Source: a virus (lineage: Duplodnaviria; Caudoviricetes). Taken from it: a stretch of DNA of 32,267 nucleotides. Below, one piece after another: positions 1 through 8,285 of this stretch (within the stretch, counting starts at the first letter, position 1; the number at the start of each line of letters is the position of its first letter). Location: positions 1 through 32,267 of the IMG/VR virus record IMGVR_UViG_3300039918_000021. One strand, 5' to 3'. A program made the position numbers and the translations under genes. The notes beneath the pieces were generated by a model that searched no databases, was not told the origin of the DNA, and saw only the letters and a list, made by a program, of their open reading frames with translations.

Positions 1-1465
1 GTGTTGCGCGTGCAGCGATTCCTGTCGGCGCGATGCGCCGATATGCCGGCGTGGGGTTGGCACTGGCGAGCTTTTCGCCTTCGAACAATTGGACCCGCAA
101 CGCAGGCGGCAGCAAAATGGCCTGTCGTAGCGCAAAGTCATGTTTCGATACTTCATTCGCCGCGATCATTGCCGCATCACCCGGCAACTTCGCCAACATT
201 CCGGCAACCTGCGCGCGCGCCGCCGGACCGCCAGATGCGAACCCGGCGAGCTCGGCAGCTTGGTCATGCCCGAGAATACGCCGCGTCCCGTTGTGCCCCT
301 GCGCCCAGACATTGGACTGCTGCACGCGCGCGGTGACCGCTGCAGGATCATCGAAATTAAGCGGCGGGAATTCCGGTTCAGCCGTCCGCAGCTGTTCGCG
401 TAATTTGAGCAATTGCGTGTGGCGCGCCACAAGGTCCGGGCTCGCCTGCCAATCCTTATGTCCTTCAATCTGGGCGATGCGCGTCGTGACTTGCGCAGGC
501 GCGGTCGCGCCATAGACACGGCTCTCCTCTGATGCCGCCGCAGCCGCATCCAGTTCCGCGGCGCGACTGGTATCGCCCCGCGCCTTCGCGATCTTCGCCA
601 TATCGCGCAGGGAGCCCGGATCGACTGCAACACCGCGACCGACATCGCCGAGTGCTGTGGTCTCGAATTCCTTTTGCTGCTGAACCGCGAGTACGGCCTG
701 ATGCTCAGCCAGCGCATCGAGGCGTCGGACTTCAACCTGCGCGCCGTCGCGCAGGCGGTCGATTTGCTGGCCATCCAGCACGTCGTTGAAGTGGCCACTG
801 TCGAGCGCCACCACCAACGCCTTCGGATTGGTATCCTGTAGTCGCTGGCCTGCCGCCATCGCAAGTTGTGCGTGCAGTTCGCGCCGCACCGGCTCCCGAT
901 ATTCACCGATCCCTTGCTGACTGTCGACCAGCCCATCGATCGCCTTGGTCGCCGTGACGTAAGCATCAGGATCGGCGCTGGTGCGGACGAACGCCGACCA
1001 GCGGTTGCCCGTTTCACGGATGTTGCCGACGCTTTCCTTGGCCGCTGTCGCTACCTGCCACGCATCCTCATTTCCAACAAAGGAGGCGCGCTGTTCCTGA
1101 ATTTGGGCTTCGATCGATCGACGCACGCGAGTGTCGGTGATGCCCGCAGTAATATCCTGCGTGGCGGCATCGAAACTGTCCGCCATCGCCTGCGCATGGC
1201 CCGCAGCCAGCGGCGCGGCGTTCGCGCGCGCGGCATTGCGCTGTTCGTCAAGTGCCAGCCGCACGCGCGCAAGGTTGGATGCCGCCGTCGTCGCCTGCTC
1301 ATCGGCACGGAGTTGGCGGTCGATCTTTTTCCCTTGCTCCAGCGCGCCGCCAAGCTGCCCAATGCCCTGGCCAACGCCCGCGCCGAAATCCTGCGGCTGC
1401 GCCAAGGGGATGCCAGCCGTATTGCCCGGCACGATCTGTGGTTGATAGATTTGTTCCTGCGGCAT
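1..1465 (-). CDS. Large internal virion (ejection) protein, 3' end runs off window (>488 aa)
   Basis: Hand translation from ATG at 1465 (MPQEQIYQPQIVPGNTAGIPLAQPQDFGAGVGQGIGQLGGALEQ...) is stop-free to base 1. Ala/Gln-rich and helical; position after the gp14-like gene matches podovirus ejection proteins. Absent from the ORF track, presumably because it has no stop in the window. Confidence 0.8.
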   Translation of the reverse strand, partial: MPQEQIYQPQIVPGNTAGIPLAQPQDFGAGVGQGIGQLGGALEQGKKIDRQLRADEQATTAASNLARVRLALDEQRNAARANAAPLAAGHAQAMADSFDAATQDITAGITDTRVRRSIEAQIQEQRASFVGNEDAWQVATAAKESVGNIRETGNRWSAFVRTSADPDAYVTATKAIDGLVDSQQGIGEYREPVRRELHAQLAMAAGQRLQDTNPKALVVALDSGHFNDVLDGQQIDRLRDGAQVEVRRLDALAEHQAVLAVQQQKEFETTALGDVGRGVAVDPGSLRDMAKIAKARGDTSRAAELDAAAAASEESRVYGATAPAQVTTRIAQIEGHKDWQASPDLVARHTQLLKLREQLRTAEPEFPPLNFDDPAAVTARVQQSNVWAQGHNGTRRILGHDQAAELAGFASGGPAARAQVAGMLAKLPGDAAMIAANEVSKHDFALRQAILLPPALRVQLFEGEKLASANPTPAYRRIAPTGIAARAT

Positions 1466-1468
1466 CAG
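1450..1468. repeat. 19-bp direct repeat, left copy (TTTGTTCCTGCGGCATCAG)
   Basis: Identical to 3603-3621; encodes a TGATG stop/start junction and the first codons MPQEQ on the minus strand. Confidence 0.9.
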
Positions 1469-1579
1469 GACCGACCATCGCGTGCAGGAACGGGATGGCG
1501 CGCGGCGCTGACCACAAGGTCGATCTTAGCTGGGATGCAGAGCGCTAAAGACACGGCTGACCAATCGAAACGGGGTTGA

Positions 1580-1687
1580 CCGATTTCGAAGGGCTAGGGG
1601 GCACACAGGCCCGGCCGCTCTATCGTTTAACGCCCGCGATCGGCGATGCAGTCCAGCATGGGGGTCGGGGCGTATCGAGGCTAGGCC
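1580..1687 (-). ncRNA. Putative structured cis-regulatory leader RNA, copy 1 (upstream of internal virion gene)
   Basis: Matches 9280-9385 with 7 substitutions and 2 extra nt (first 67 nt 66/67 identical); non-coding; stems include a compensatory C-G to U-A change. Confidence 0.6.
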
Positions 1688-1703
1688 GACGCTTGTCGAT
1701 CCC

Positions 1704-1729
1704 TCTCACGACACGCCCTTTTCGTCAAG
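1704..1729 (-). promoter_or_regulatory. Putative late promoter motif CTTGACG-N12-CGTGAGA, copy 1
   Basis: Same two 7-mers and the same 12-nt spacing at 9436-9461 despite unrelated spacer sequence; TTGACG is -35-like. Confidence 0.55.
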
Positions 1730-1731
1730 TC

Positions 1732-1962
1732 TCACTGGTCCTCATCGTTGACGGCACGGCCATGTTTGGGCCACCCGTTCGGGATCGCATCCCGCGCGGC
1801 GCTGAACACCAGGTCGAGCAGGTTGGCGAGCGGCTCCGCATCGATCGTCGTGTTGTGGGCCTGCCCCGAGATGAGGTGCTGCAGGCAGACCATCGCGCCG
1901 ACGGCGACATTGGCCTTGTCCTCCTGGTCGCGAGAGGACCGGATGTCGCTGAACGCGCTCAT
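1732..1962 (-). CDS. Hypothetical protein (76 aa) coupled to antirepressor
   Basis: ATGA overlap with the Bro-N stop; plausible helical protein. Confidence 0.7.
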   Translation of the reverse strand: MSAFSDIRSSRDQEDKANVAVGAMVCLQHLISGQAHNTTIDAEPLANLLDLVFSAARDAIPNGWPKHGRAVNDEDQ

Positions 1963-2687
1963 TTCGCACCGGCCGGGGCCGCATCGGGCCGGAACCAGAG
2001 GTTGACCTTCACGCCATCGCGCTTGCTCTCGTGCCGCACCCAGCCGAACAGGCGCAGCAGTGCGGAGATGCGCGTCGTCGTCATCCGGTCGATATCGGTC
2101 AGGCCGATGCCGCGTGCCGCCCAGACGGCAGTCGTCTCGGTCTTATCCTCCAGCCATGCCTTGAGCGGCTCAGCAAGATTGTCGCCACTCAACACTGGCA
2201 AGCTGTCGACGATCGGCGCGGGTAGGCCCAGTTGTACCCAGATGCTACGGGCCTCCGCATTCCCGAACAGACGCATCGCGGTGCGCACCGCATTCACGCC
2301 GATTTGGATGTTGGTAAAGTTGATGTCATCGGGAAGCGTCGGGGGCGGTTCGTAGCCCGGCAGCTCATATTTTCCAGTTTTGCGGATTGACGGAAGCACT
2401 TCGGCGGTAACCCACTTGCGGAAGCGTCGCCCTTCCGGCTTGCGGCTGCTCATCACCAGGCCGTACATACCACTCTCAGATACGGCGTTGAGTTCCTGCG
2501 CTCCGCCAAGGGTATCACTTAAAATGACCCCCTTTTCGTCCTCGTCCAACCGACTTAGCGCCTGACTGGTGTTGGACAGCCCGAGGACGCCACAAATATC
2601 CTTTGCGATGAACCATGGTTCGCCGGCAACCATTACGACCCGGATCGCAACTTCTTCAAAATAATAACATGTGAGCGCATTGGTCAT
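1959..2687 (-). CDS. Bro-N domain antirepressor-like protein with C-terminal winged-helix-like domain (242 aa)
   Basis: Bro-N motifs IRVVMVAGEPWFIAKDICGVLG, VSESGMYGLVMSSRKPEGRRFRKWVTAEVLPSIRKTGKY; GGAGG RBS before ATG 2687. Confidence 0.9.
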   Translation of the reverse strand: MTNALTCYYFEEVAIRVVMVAGEPWFIAKDICGVLGLSNTSQALSRLDEDEKGVILSDTLGGAQELNAVSESGMYGLVMSSRKPEGRRFRKWVTAEVLPSIRKTGKYELPGYEPPPTLPDDINFTNIQIGVNAVRTAMRLFGNAEARSIWVQLGLPAPIVDSLPVLSGDNLAEPLKAWLEDKTETTAVWAARGIGLTDIDRMTTTRISALLRLFGWVRHESKRDGVKVNLWFRPDAAPAGAK

Positions 2688-2696
2688 GGACGACCT

Positions 2697-2729
2697 CCTG
2701 TAGAGTTGTCGTCCGAACACCCACGCCAA
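2697..2729 (-). promoter_or_regulatory. Downstream C4 target pair (UUGGCGU and CUACAGG overlapping the antirepressor RBS)
   Basis: Exactly complementary to the ACGCCAA and CCUGUAG segments of the C4-like RNA; CTACAGG overlaps GGAGG. Confidence 0.8.
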
Positions 2730-2733
2730 TGGG

Positions 2734-2808
2734 TGGCCGGACGTGCCGAGGTTGGCGTACCGGCTACAGGCCCGGCGCACCCGAAAGTGCCCTCAACACG
2801 CCCGACCA
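2734..2808 (-). ncRNA. C4-type antisense RNA (P1/P7 immI-like)
   Basis: UGGUCGGGCGUG...CACGUCCGGCCA closing stem, GCAC-UUUCGG-GUGC hairpin, and unpaired CCUGUAG and ACGCCAA with complementary targets both upstream and downstream; lies directly before an antirepressor. Confidence 0.85.
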
Positions 2809-2809
2809 T

Positions 2810-2844
2810 AGAAAACCCGCGCACAGACGGGCATCTGGCGCGGG
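2810..2844 (-). terminator. Intrinsic terminator/attenuator hairpin in the C4 leader
   Basis: CCCGCGC-CAGA...TCTG-T-GCGCGGG followed by TTTTCT on the minus strand. Confidence 0.6.
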
Positions 2845-2849
2845 ACGCG

Positions 2850-2896
2850 CCTGTAGTTTTAGGAACGCCAATTCCTTGGCTGGGATTTACCAGCCG
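2850..2896 (-). promoter_or_regulatory. Upstream C4 target region (c4-a1b1-like)
   Basis: GGCTGG-TAAATC-CCAGCC hairpin, then AGGAA-TTGGCG-TTCCT hairpin exposing UUGGCG (2865-2871) and CTACAGG (2850-2856). Confidence 0.7.
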
Positions 2897-2902
2897 AGCG
2901 CT

Positions 2903-2931
2903 GCTATAAGTGAGCGCGACTCGACAATCAA
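2903..2931 (-). promoter_or_regulatory. Sigma70 promoter for the C4/antirepressor operon
   Basis: TTGATT-N17-TATAGC on the minus strand. Confidence 0.65.
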
Positions 2932-2944
2932 GGGGGGGGGTAAG

Positions 2945-3361
2945 ATGCTGATTTTTGCGCTTGTCTTCGCAACACAAGATCTCATGACGGATGCAGCACC
3001 TAGCCCAAGCACAGCATCGTCCGCAGATCGCCTGGCCGCTGGACTTCGCGAAATCATGAATGCGCCCCCATCGCGCAGTCCCGGCGATGTTCTCGAAACG
3101 AAACTTGCCAGCTTTCGCGGACACCCACAGCAATTTGCCTTCAATAAACTTGGCTATCCTGACCAAAAGATGACAATTGGTACCGTGACTATTTTTAGCT
3201 GGATAAACAACGAAACAAATGTTGATGGATCGCCCCTCAGTTGCACCGTAAAGGTCTCCGTTCGAACGGGGAAGATTACCACCGCAAATTTTCACGGAAA
3301 CAATGGCGCTTGCGCTCTATATGCCCGGGCTCTCGATCCAACCTTTCATAGCTCGTACTGA
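2945..3361 (+). CDS. Hypothetical exported protein (138 aa), candidate superinfection-exclusion/moron protein
   Basis: ATG after a G9 tract; short hydrophobic N-terminus MLIFALVFA; two Cys; AT-richer; divergent from the phage late genes. Confidence 0.7.
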   Translation: MLIFALVFATQDLMTDAAPSPSTASSADRLAAGLREIMNAPPSRSPGDVLETKLASFRGHPQQFAFNKLGYPDQKMTIGTVTIFSWINNETNVDGSPLSCTVKVSVRTGKITTANFHGNNGACALYARALDPTFHSSY

Positions 3362-3591
3362 TGCCTCACTTATTGGATTGGCTCGCACGCAATCGCTATG
3401 CCCTGATGGGGTTGTTTTTCCTTGTGATGGTCGCGCTTCAGGTGCGCACACTCGCAGAACTTGATGCTATCAAACGTGCAGCCGCCGGTGCTGAGATCAG
3501 TGCCGAGCAGGCGCAAGCAACGGCGGAGGATGCCAAAAAGGCGGCAGAAACCACCTGCGACAAGATCATCGGCTATGGTGATCGCTGCTAG
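3361..3591 (+). CDS. Small membrane-anchored coiled-coil protein (76 aa)
   Basis: TGATG-coupled to the previous gene; TM segment ALMGLFFLVMVAL followed by an Ala/Glu helix. Confidence 0.7.
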   Translation: MPHLLDWLARNRYALMGLFFLVMVALQVRTLAELDAIKRAAAGAEISAEQAQATAEDAKKAAETTCDKIIGYGDRC

Positions 3592-3602
3592 CGAGATCGG
3601 GT

Positions 3603-3621
3603 TTTGTTCCTGCGGCATCAG
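3603..3621. repeat. 19-bp direct repeat, right copy
   Basis: Identical to 1450-1468; overlaps the stop of the 3618-4133 gene. Confidence 0.9.
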
Positions 3622-4133
3622 TAAATGCCGTCCGAACCGGACACGCCATAAGCACCGCCCGAACCGGCATTTCCGCCGTAAAGCGATCCGCCATAGCTGC
3701 CCGATGCACCGCCGCCCGATTGTCCCTTGTTGCTGTTCGCCCAGTCGACCCCATGCGCCGCCGCGCCGAACATGCCCTGCGTCAGCGCATTGGCCCCCGC
3801 CGAATAGGCTTGCGCGCCCTGGATGCGCAGCCCGCGTGCTTTGGCGGCCGCCTGCCGCCGCACGGTCAGCGCATCCAAGGTGGCGTTGATCTGACTTTGC
3901 GTCAGCGCGTCGATCGCGGAACCGGTGCCCTGTTGAAAGCCGTTCGCGCCCTGTGCGGCCACTTGCTGGCCGATCGCCTGGCGCGCAGCATCGCGCACCC
4001 GGCCTTCGGTGACCGCGCCGTCCCGCTCGGCCTCGGTCGCCATCGTGTTCGACAGGTCGCGATTGTATTTTCCGGTTTCATAACTGGCGACACCGCTGAT
4101 AAGGCTACCCGCCGCCTGGACCGCCTGCACCAT
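3618..4133 (-). CDS. Internal virion protein (T7 gp14-like position)
   Basis: MVQAVQAAGSLISG..., Ala/Gly/Gln-rich with AAQGANGF..GSAID; TGATG-coupled to the upstream gene. Confidence 0.75.
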   Translation of the reverse strand: MVQAVQAAGSLISGVASYETGKYNRDLSNTMATEAERDGAVTEGRVRDAARQAIGQQVAAQGANGFQQGTGSAIDALTQSQINATLDALTVRRQAAAKARGLRIQGAQAYSAGANALTQGMFGAAAHGVDWANSNKGQSGGGASGSYGGSLYGGNAGSGGAYGVSGSDGIY

Positions 4134-4648
4134 CAGGCGATCCTCTCGCACAGGATATGCGTTTCGGAGGCCGCGCCGAATTTGCGCAGCACGTGCGTCG
4201 GCACAAGGCCAAGCGCCTCGGCCCAGCGCACTTGCGGCCCCTTCACGCACAGCACCGCCTCGAGCAACTGCGCGGGGTCTAGCCCCGGAAACGACAGCAG
4301 GATCGCCTCGGCATCGATCGCCGCGATGCAGATCGCTTCGATCCGGCGATACAGGCTGGCGGCGATGCGACGCCGGGTAAAGCGCGTGATCGCCACATAG
4401 TCGCCGCCAAGGCCGCGACTGAGGATTGCCCAGGCAACCGCCTGCACGCCGGGAAAGGTCTCGCGCAGGCCGACACAGGCGATCGGGCTATCGCCGCGCC
4501 ACGCCGTCCATGCCTCGCCGCCTTCGGCCAGGTCAGCCGCCGCCTCGATCGTCATCACGCTGTTGAGGCCGAGCTGCACGCGCTGCGACGGCTGGCGCTC
4601 GATCGTCATCGCGTCCGGCGCACGCATCGGGCGAAACGATACCGTCAT
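4133..4648 (-). CDS. GNAT-fold virion-associated protein (T7 gp13-like position)
   Basis: MTVSFRPMRAPD..., AWTAWRGDSPIACVG, AVAWAIL, VRWAEALG; follows tail tubular B with ATGA overlap. Confidence 0.7.
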   Translation of the reverse strand: MTVSFRPMRAPDAMTIERQPSQRVQLGLNSVMTIEAAADLAEGGEAWTAWRGDSPIACVGLRETFPGVQAVAWAILSRGLGGDYVAITRFTRRRIAASLYRRIEAICIAAIDAEAILLSFPGLDPAQLLEAVLCVKGPQVRWAEALGLVPTHVLRKFGAASETHILCERIA

Positions 4649-6870
4649 CCCGTCACCTCGATCTTGGGGAGCGCCGCGACGATCACCGCTGGCAATGGCT
4701 GCGAGGATGTGAAGGTTGCGCGCCCGCTGCGATCCCATCCGCCGCTGACCGGTCGCTCGGTATCGCCGGTGAACAGCGGCACAGGCGCGTCCATATAGCC
4801 CGCGCTGGGGCGATCGATAAGATTGTCGAGCTTGCCGCCCTGGACACCGATCTTGAGGCCCGCCGTTTCGATCAATCGCAAGGCCAGCCGCACGATCCGC
4901 TGGCGCACGCCCTGCGATGTGCCGGTCTGCGATTTCAGTTCGGGCGGCAGTGTGACGACGGTCGCGGTATAGGGTATGCCGACGGTGATGGTGTAGGCCC
5001 GGTCCTGCGGCACGACGCTTTCCGGAATGTCGAAGCTGCCATCCGCCGCGACGGTTATCCCGTCGATCACGCCGCCTTCCGCCAGCACCGCGACGGCGCG
5101 GTTGGCAAGCTGGGTCGCGCCGGTGAAACGCGTTTGCCCGGCCACCGCCGTTGCCGTCGTGCCGCTGTCGACGAAAAACGCGGCGGAAATCGGATCGCCA
5201 TCGTCGCGCCAGGCCGCCATGCGCTGCACGCTCTTTACGCCGTCCGCCCGGCGCACGAGCGCCCACACTTCATCGCGCTTGCCATCGGCACTGGCGATCG
5301 TCGTCGCGCTCAGCACCGCACCATCGCCATGGATGATGCGCGAGAAGCCCTTGATTTGCTGCTCGGGCGCGTGCGGGTGGACGAGCATCTGCCCATCGCC
5401 GCGCACGCCGAACAGCAGTTCCTCGGGTTCCTTCTGATAGGCGAGCTGCAGCACGCCGCCGCGCGTGATGTGGCGGCACCACACCGTCATGTTTTCGGCG
5501 ATGTAGCGATCCTGCCCGAAATCATATTGCGCCTGGCGGAGTTTCCGGCCGCCGCGCTGGACGAAGATGCCGGTGGTGCCGATCTGCAGCGGGAACACGC
5601 GGTCGCTGCCATAAAAGCTTTGCGGCACCGCCTCGATATTATCGCCGCCGATCGCCTGCGCGCTGTTGATCGCGCCGATCGCGATCTCGCGGCTCGCCGT
5701 GCCGACGACGATCTTGCGATCCCCCACCGCCCACAGGATGGGATCCTCGGTCGAAAGCGTCCGCCGAAAGGCCAGGTCGCCTGCCAGCAGCCCGCTCGAC
5801 GTGGTGGTGATGTGGTTGAGATAATCGCCTGCGACGCTCGCCAGCAATTCGAATTGCTTGAAGTGGCAAAGCCGACCGCCATTGGCCAGCACGACGCTGG
5901 GCCAGCCGGCCGCCGCACTGAAGGCCGCATGGGACCAGCGGAAGCTCGGCACGGTGGTAAGGCTGTCGGGCAAGCGCCGCACCACGTCCGCCGTTGCCGA
6001 GAAGCCATCGCCCGCGATGGCGGTAATCATCACCGTGCCATAGCGATCGTGCAGATAGGTCCACCGCACACCGAACGGGCCCTTGCCGTTGATGTCGGTG
6101 CCGCTCTGGCTACCGTCCCACTCGGTCCCGCTGGTGTGGATCGGCTGGCTGGTTCCGGTGCGCCCGGCCGATGCCGCGACATAGACCTTGCCGTCCGAGC
6201 GACGCTTGCTGCCAACGGCAACGCCATCAATGCCGACTTCCCATGCGGGAATGGTCGAGAAATCCGCGGCCTCGATCTTGAACGGCGCGCCGACATGCCC
6301 GGCGAGAAAAATCGCGCTGGACGCGGAAAGCGTGATGCCCGCACCGGTCGCGGCACTGACGGTCACCGTCCGCGTTTCGTCGACATTCTGATCGGCAAAC
6401 GGACCGTTCACCAGTGGCGCGACATCGTAGACGAAGGTTTCGGCACCGGTGCGCGTCAGGCGTGCGGGCGGATGGTTTTCGTGGTCGAGATATAGCCGAT
6501 CGTAGCTTTGCTGGAACGACACATAGGGCGCTTCCGCCGCCGTATAGGGCACGATCACTTCATAGGGCACGCCCGGCGCGGTCTCGATCCGGCCGCCATT
6601 GGTGTAGAAGCGGAGGCGATAGTCGCTCCACTCGATCACATAATCCTGCGTGAGGTTGAAGCGGAACTCGGTCACCCACTGCGCGGTCGGCGCGGCAGGC
6701 CGAATATATTCAAAGCCCGGCCGCTTCACCAACGCCCCCTCGACCGTGGGCACGAAGTTCTCGCACGTGTCCATGCCGACGGACCAGATCGCCGTGTCGA
6801 CACGGCCACCCATGCGCGGCGAAAGCTCGCCGCCGTTGAAGCTGGTTGCGATTGGGCGCTGCAGCGTCAT
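4645..6870 (-). CDS. Tail tubular protein B / nozzle
   Basis: N-terminal SFNGGELSP...GR.D...CENF...GALVKRPG signature; about 741 aa; beta-rich. Confidence 0.9.
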   Translation of the reverse strand: MTLQRPIATSFNGGELSPRMGGRVDTAIWSVGMDTCENFVPTVEGALVKRPGFEYIRPAAPTAQWVTEFRFNLTQDYVIEWSDYRLRFYTNGGRIETAPGVPYEVIVPYTAAEAPYVSFQQSYDRLYLDHENHPPARLTRTGAETFVYDVAPLVNGPFADQNVDETRTVTVSAATGAGITLSASSAIFLAGHVGAPFKIEAADFSTIPAWEVGIDGVAVGSKRRSDGKVYVAASAGRTGTSQPIHTSGTEWDGSQSGTDINGKGPFGVRWTYLHDRYGTVMITAIAGDGFSATADVVRRLPDSLTTVPSFRWSHAAFSAAAGWPSVVLANGGRLCHFKQFELLASVAGDYLNHITTTSSGLLAGDLAFRRTLSTEDPILWAVGDRKIVVGTASREIAIGAINSAQAIGGDNIEAVPQSFYGSDRVFPLQIGTTGIFVQRGGRKLRQAQYDFGQDRYIAENMTVWCRHITRGGVLQLAYQKEPEELLFGVRGDGQMLVHPHAPEQQIKGFSRIIHGDGAVLSATTIASADGKRDEVWALVRRADGVKSVQRMAAWRDDGDPISAAFFVDSGTTATAVAGQTRFTGATQLANRAVAVLAEGGVIDGITVAADGSFDIPESVVPQDRAYTITVGIPYTATVVTLPPELKSQTGTSQGVRQRIVRLALRLIETAGLKIGVQGGKLDNLIDRPSAGYMDAPVPLFTGDTERPVSGGWDRSGRATFTSSQPLPAVIVAALPKIEVTG

Positions 6871-7499
6871 CAGGGCCAAATCCAGGGAGAATTTCCATAA
6901 AGCGGCCCGCGCGCCGCGCCGCTGGTACGCGCCAGTTCCCAGTCGGTAGGCTCCCACACGATCTGCGGATTTTCGCGCGCATCGACACGGCGCGCATCCG
7001 ACAACGCTTCGCGATACGTTCGAAACGCATCATCCTTGCGGCCCCGGTCGCCGGTGATGCGATCGGCGATTGCCCAGCCCAGCCGCCGTGCGAACACCAC
7101 GACGAACAGATCATCCCACAAGGCCGGTTCGACGACGTCCGCCAGATAGCGGATCGGCATCGGGCCGGTGCTGTTGGTGAGGATGCAGTTACCTTCAAGC
7201 TGATAATCGCGCCGATACGGGCTGGCTACGCGCCCCAACACCTCAACCAGGCGCACGCTATCTGCAGGCATCTTGAACGAAGCCGCCCATGGGAAGGGGG
7301 CTTCGCCAGCGAGCGCGGCAAGCTGTTGCCGTCGCATCGCGAAATTCCATGTATGCGCGCGGATGACCGCGCGCCGCTCGATATCCCAAACGGCCTTCAC
7401 CGACCGCGAAAGGTGCGTGTCATCGTCGGGCGAACGAAGCTGATCGTCCTCGCCGATGCCAGAGGCCGCCAAATTGGCGATCGAGACGAAATCCGCCAT
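6870..7499 (-). CDS. Tail tubular protein A / head-tail adaptor
   Basis: IANLAASGIGE, HTWNFAMRR, WDDLF..FARRL..AIA motifs; 209 aa. Confidence 0.88.
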   Translation of the reverse strand: MADFVSIANLAASGIGEDDQLRSPDDDTHLSRSVKAVWDIERRAVIRAHTWNFAMRRQQLAALAGEAPFPWAASFKMPADSVRLVEVLGRVASPYRRDYQLEGNCILTNSTGPMPIRYLADVVEPALWDDLFVVVFARRLGWAIADRITGDRGRKDDAFRTYREALSDARRVDARENPQIVWEPTDWELARTSGAARGPLYGNSPWIWP

Positions 7500-7507
7500 C
7501 GATCAGC

Positions 7508-7705
7508 TCACAGCATTGGCCACTTGGACGCGAAGACCTTCTGTTCGAGCACCTCGATCATCAACAGGGCATCGCCCTTGCTGATCTTGGTGACGTCGAT
7601 GTTGAGCGACATCGTGTCGCTTTGCGCTTCTGCGGTCCCCGCCGTGACGGCGATGTCCTTAAGGGTATTCTTGCCGCGCTGGATTGTCAGTTTGACCTGG
7701 GCCAT
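7508..7705 (-). CDS. Small hypothetical virion-region protein (65 aa)
   Basis: AAGGGA RBS; sits between cement and adaptor genes. Confidence 0.7.
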   Translation of the reverse strand: MAQVKLTIQRGKNTLKDIAVTAGTAEAQSDTMSLNIDVTKISKGDALLMIEVLEQKVFASKWPML

Positions 7706-7747
7706 CGATCGTTCCCTTGCCTTGGTTCACGGGGGTTCTTGTGGTTA

Positions 7748-7778
7748 CCGGGGTGGTGGAGATCGGCCACCACCCCGG
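7748..7778. terminator. Strong GC hairpin (terminator or processing site) after the head genes
   Basis: Perfect 12-bp stem CCGGGGTGGTGG/CCACCACCCCGG; no U-tract, so intrinsic termination is uncertain. Confidence 0.45.
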
Positions 7779-7823
7779 CCTCAGGCCATGACGCCACCAC
7801 AGGTCAGGCCGAGATCGTGACCG

Positions 7824-8264
7824 CTAATTCGCGGTCGTATATTCGATGTCGAACCCGGCGATGACGCCCGCAGCAATCCCGGCCACGGCAAACGTCGCCC
7901 ACAGGTCTTCATCGGCTGTATTGGGGTCGAGCACGAAGGCCGATGCCTTGGGTCCGAGCGGCGTGGGGACATCGGTTGCGGTCAGCGTTTTTGCATTGAC
8001 ATATTTCGACGGCGTCGTTGTCGTACCGATCGAAATCGTGGTCGTAGCGAAGGATGTGTCCGTGACGGCCGAGATCGCATGAAGCGATGCCCCCTGCGGC
8101 AGTTTACCTAGATATAGCCGATCACCGACGGCCAGCGCGGTTGCGGGCTTGGTCGAGCGCACGCGGCGCTTCTTGCCCCCAACCATGCGAACGTCGAGCT
8201 TCTTCGGCGGGTTCTGGCTACCGTCGGCAGCACCGACAAATTCCAGGCCATAATAATCAGCCAT
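7824..8264 (-). CDS. Capsid decoration/cement protein (Bbp16-like position)
   Basis: AGGAGA RBS; beta-rich; LGKLPQGA, TISIGT; directly after the capsid gene. Confidence 0.7.
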   Translation of the reverse strand: MADYYGLEFVGAADGSQNPPKKLDVRMVGGKKRRVRSTKPATALAVGDRLYLGKLPQGASLHAISAVTDTSFATTTISIGTTTTPSKYVNAKTLTATDVPTPLGPKASAFVLDPNTADEDLWATFAVAGIAAGVIAGFDIEYTTAN

Positions 8265-8285
8265 GTTGTGTCTCCTATGGAGAGA

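Larger units (their letters stand above)
1469..3602. mobile_element. Inserted accessory cassette (moron): late-leader copy, Bro-N antirepressor, C4 RNA, two envelope proteins
   Basis: Bounded by the 19-bp direct repeat; interrupts two internal virion genes that would otherwise be TGATG-coupled; contains divergent, more AT-rich genes. Confidence 0.75.

Noticed and set aside
1580-1687. Repeat pair as a DGR template/variable repeat (given BPP-1-like genes) or as CRISPR repeats
   Set aside because: Both copies are non-coding, the differences are not adenine-specific, no reverse transcriptase is in the window, and there is no repeat-spacer array.
3370-3618. Minus-strand ORF starting MPQEQ as a real gene
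   Set aside because: Only the first five codons match the true gene at 1465; the rest is the antisense of 3361-3591. It is best explained as the scar of the 19-bp duplication.
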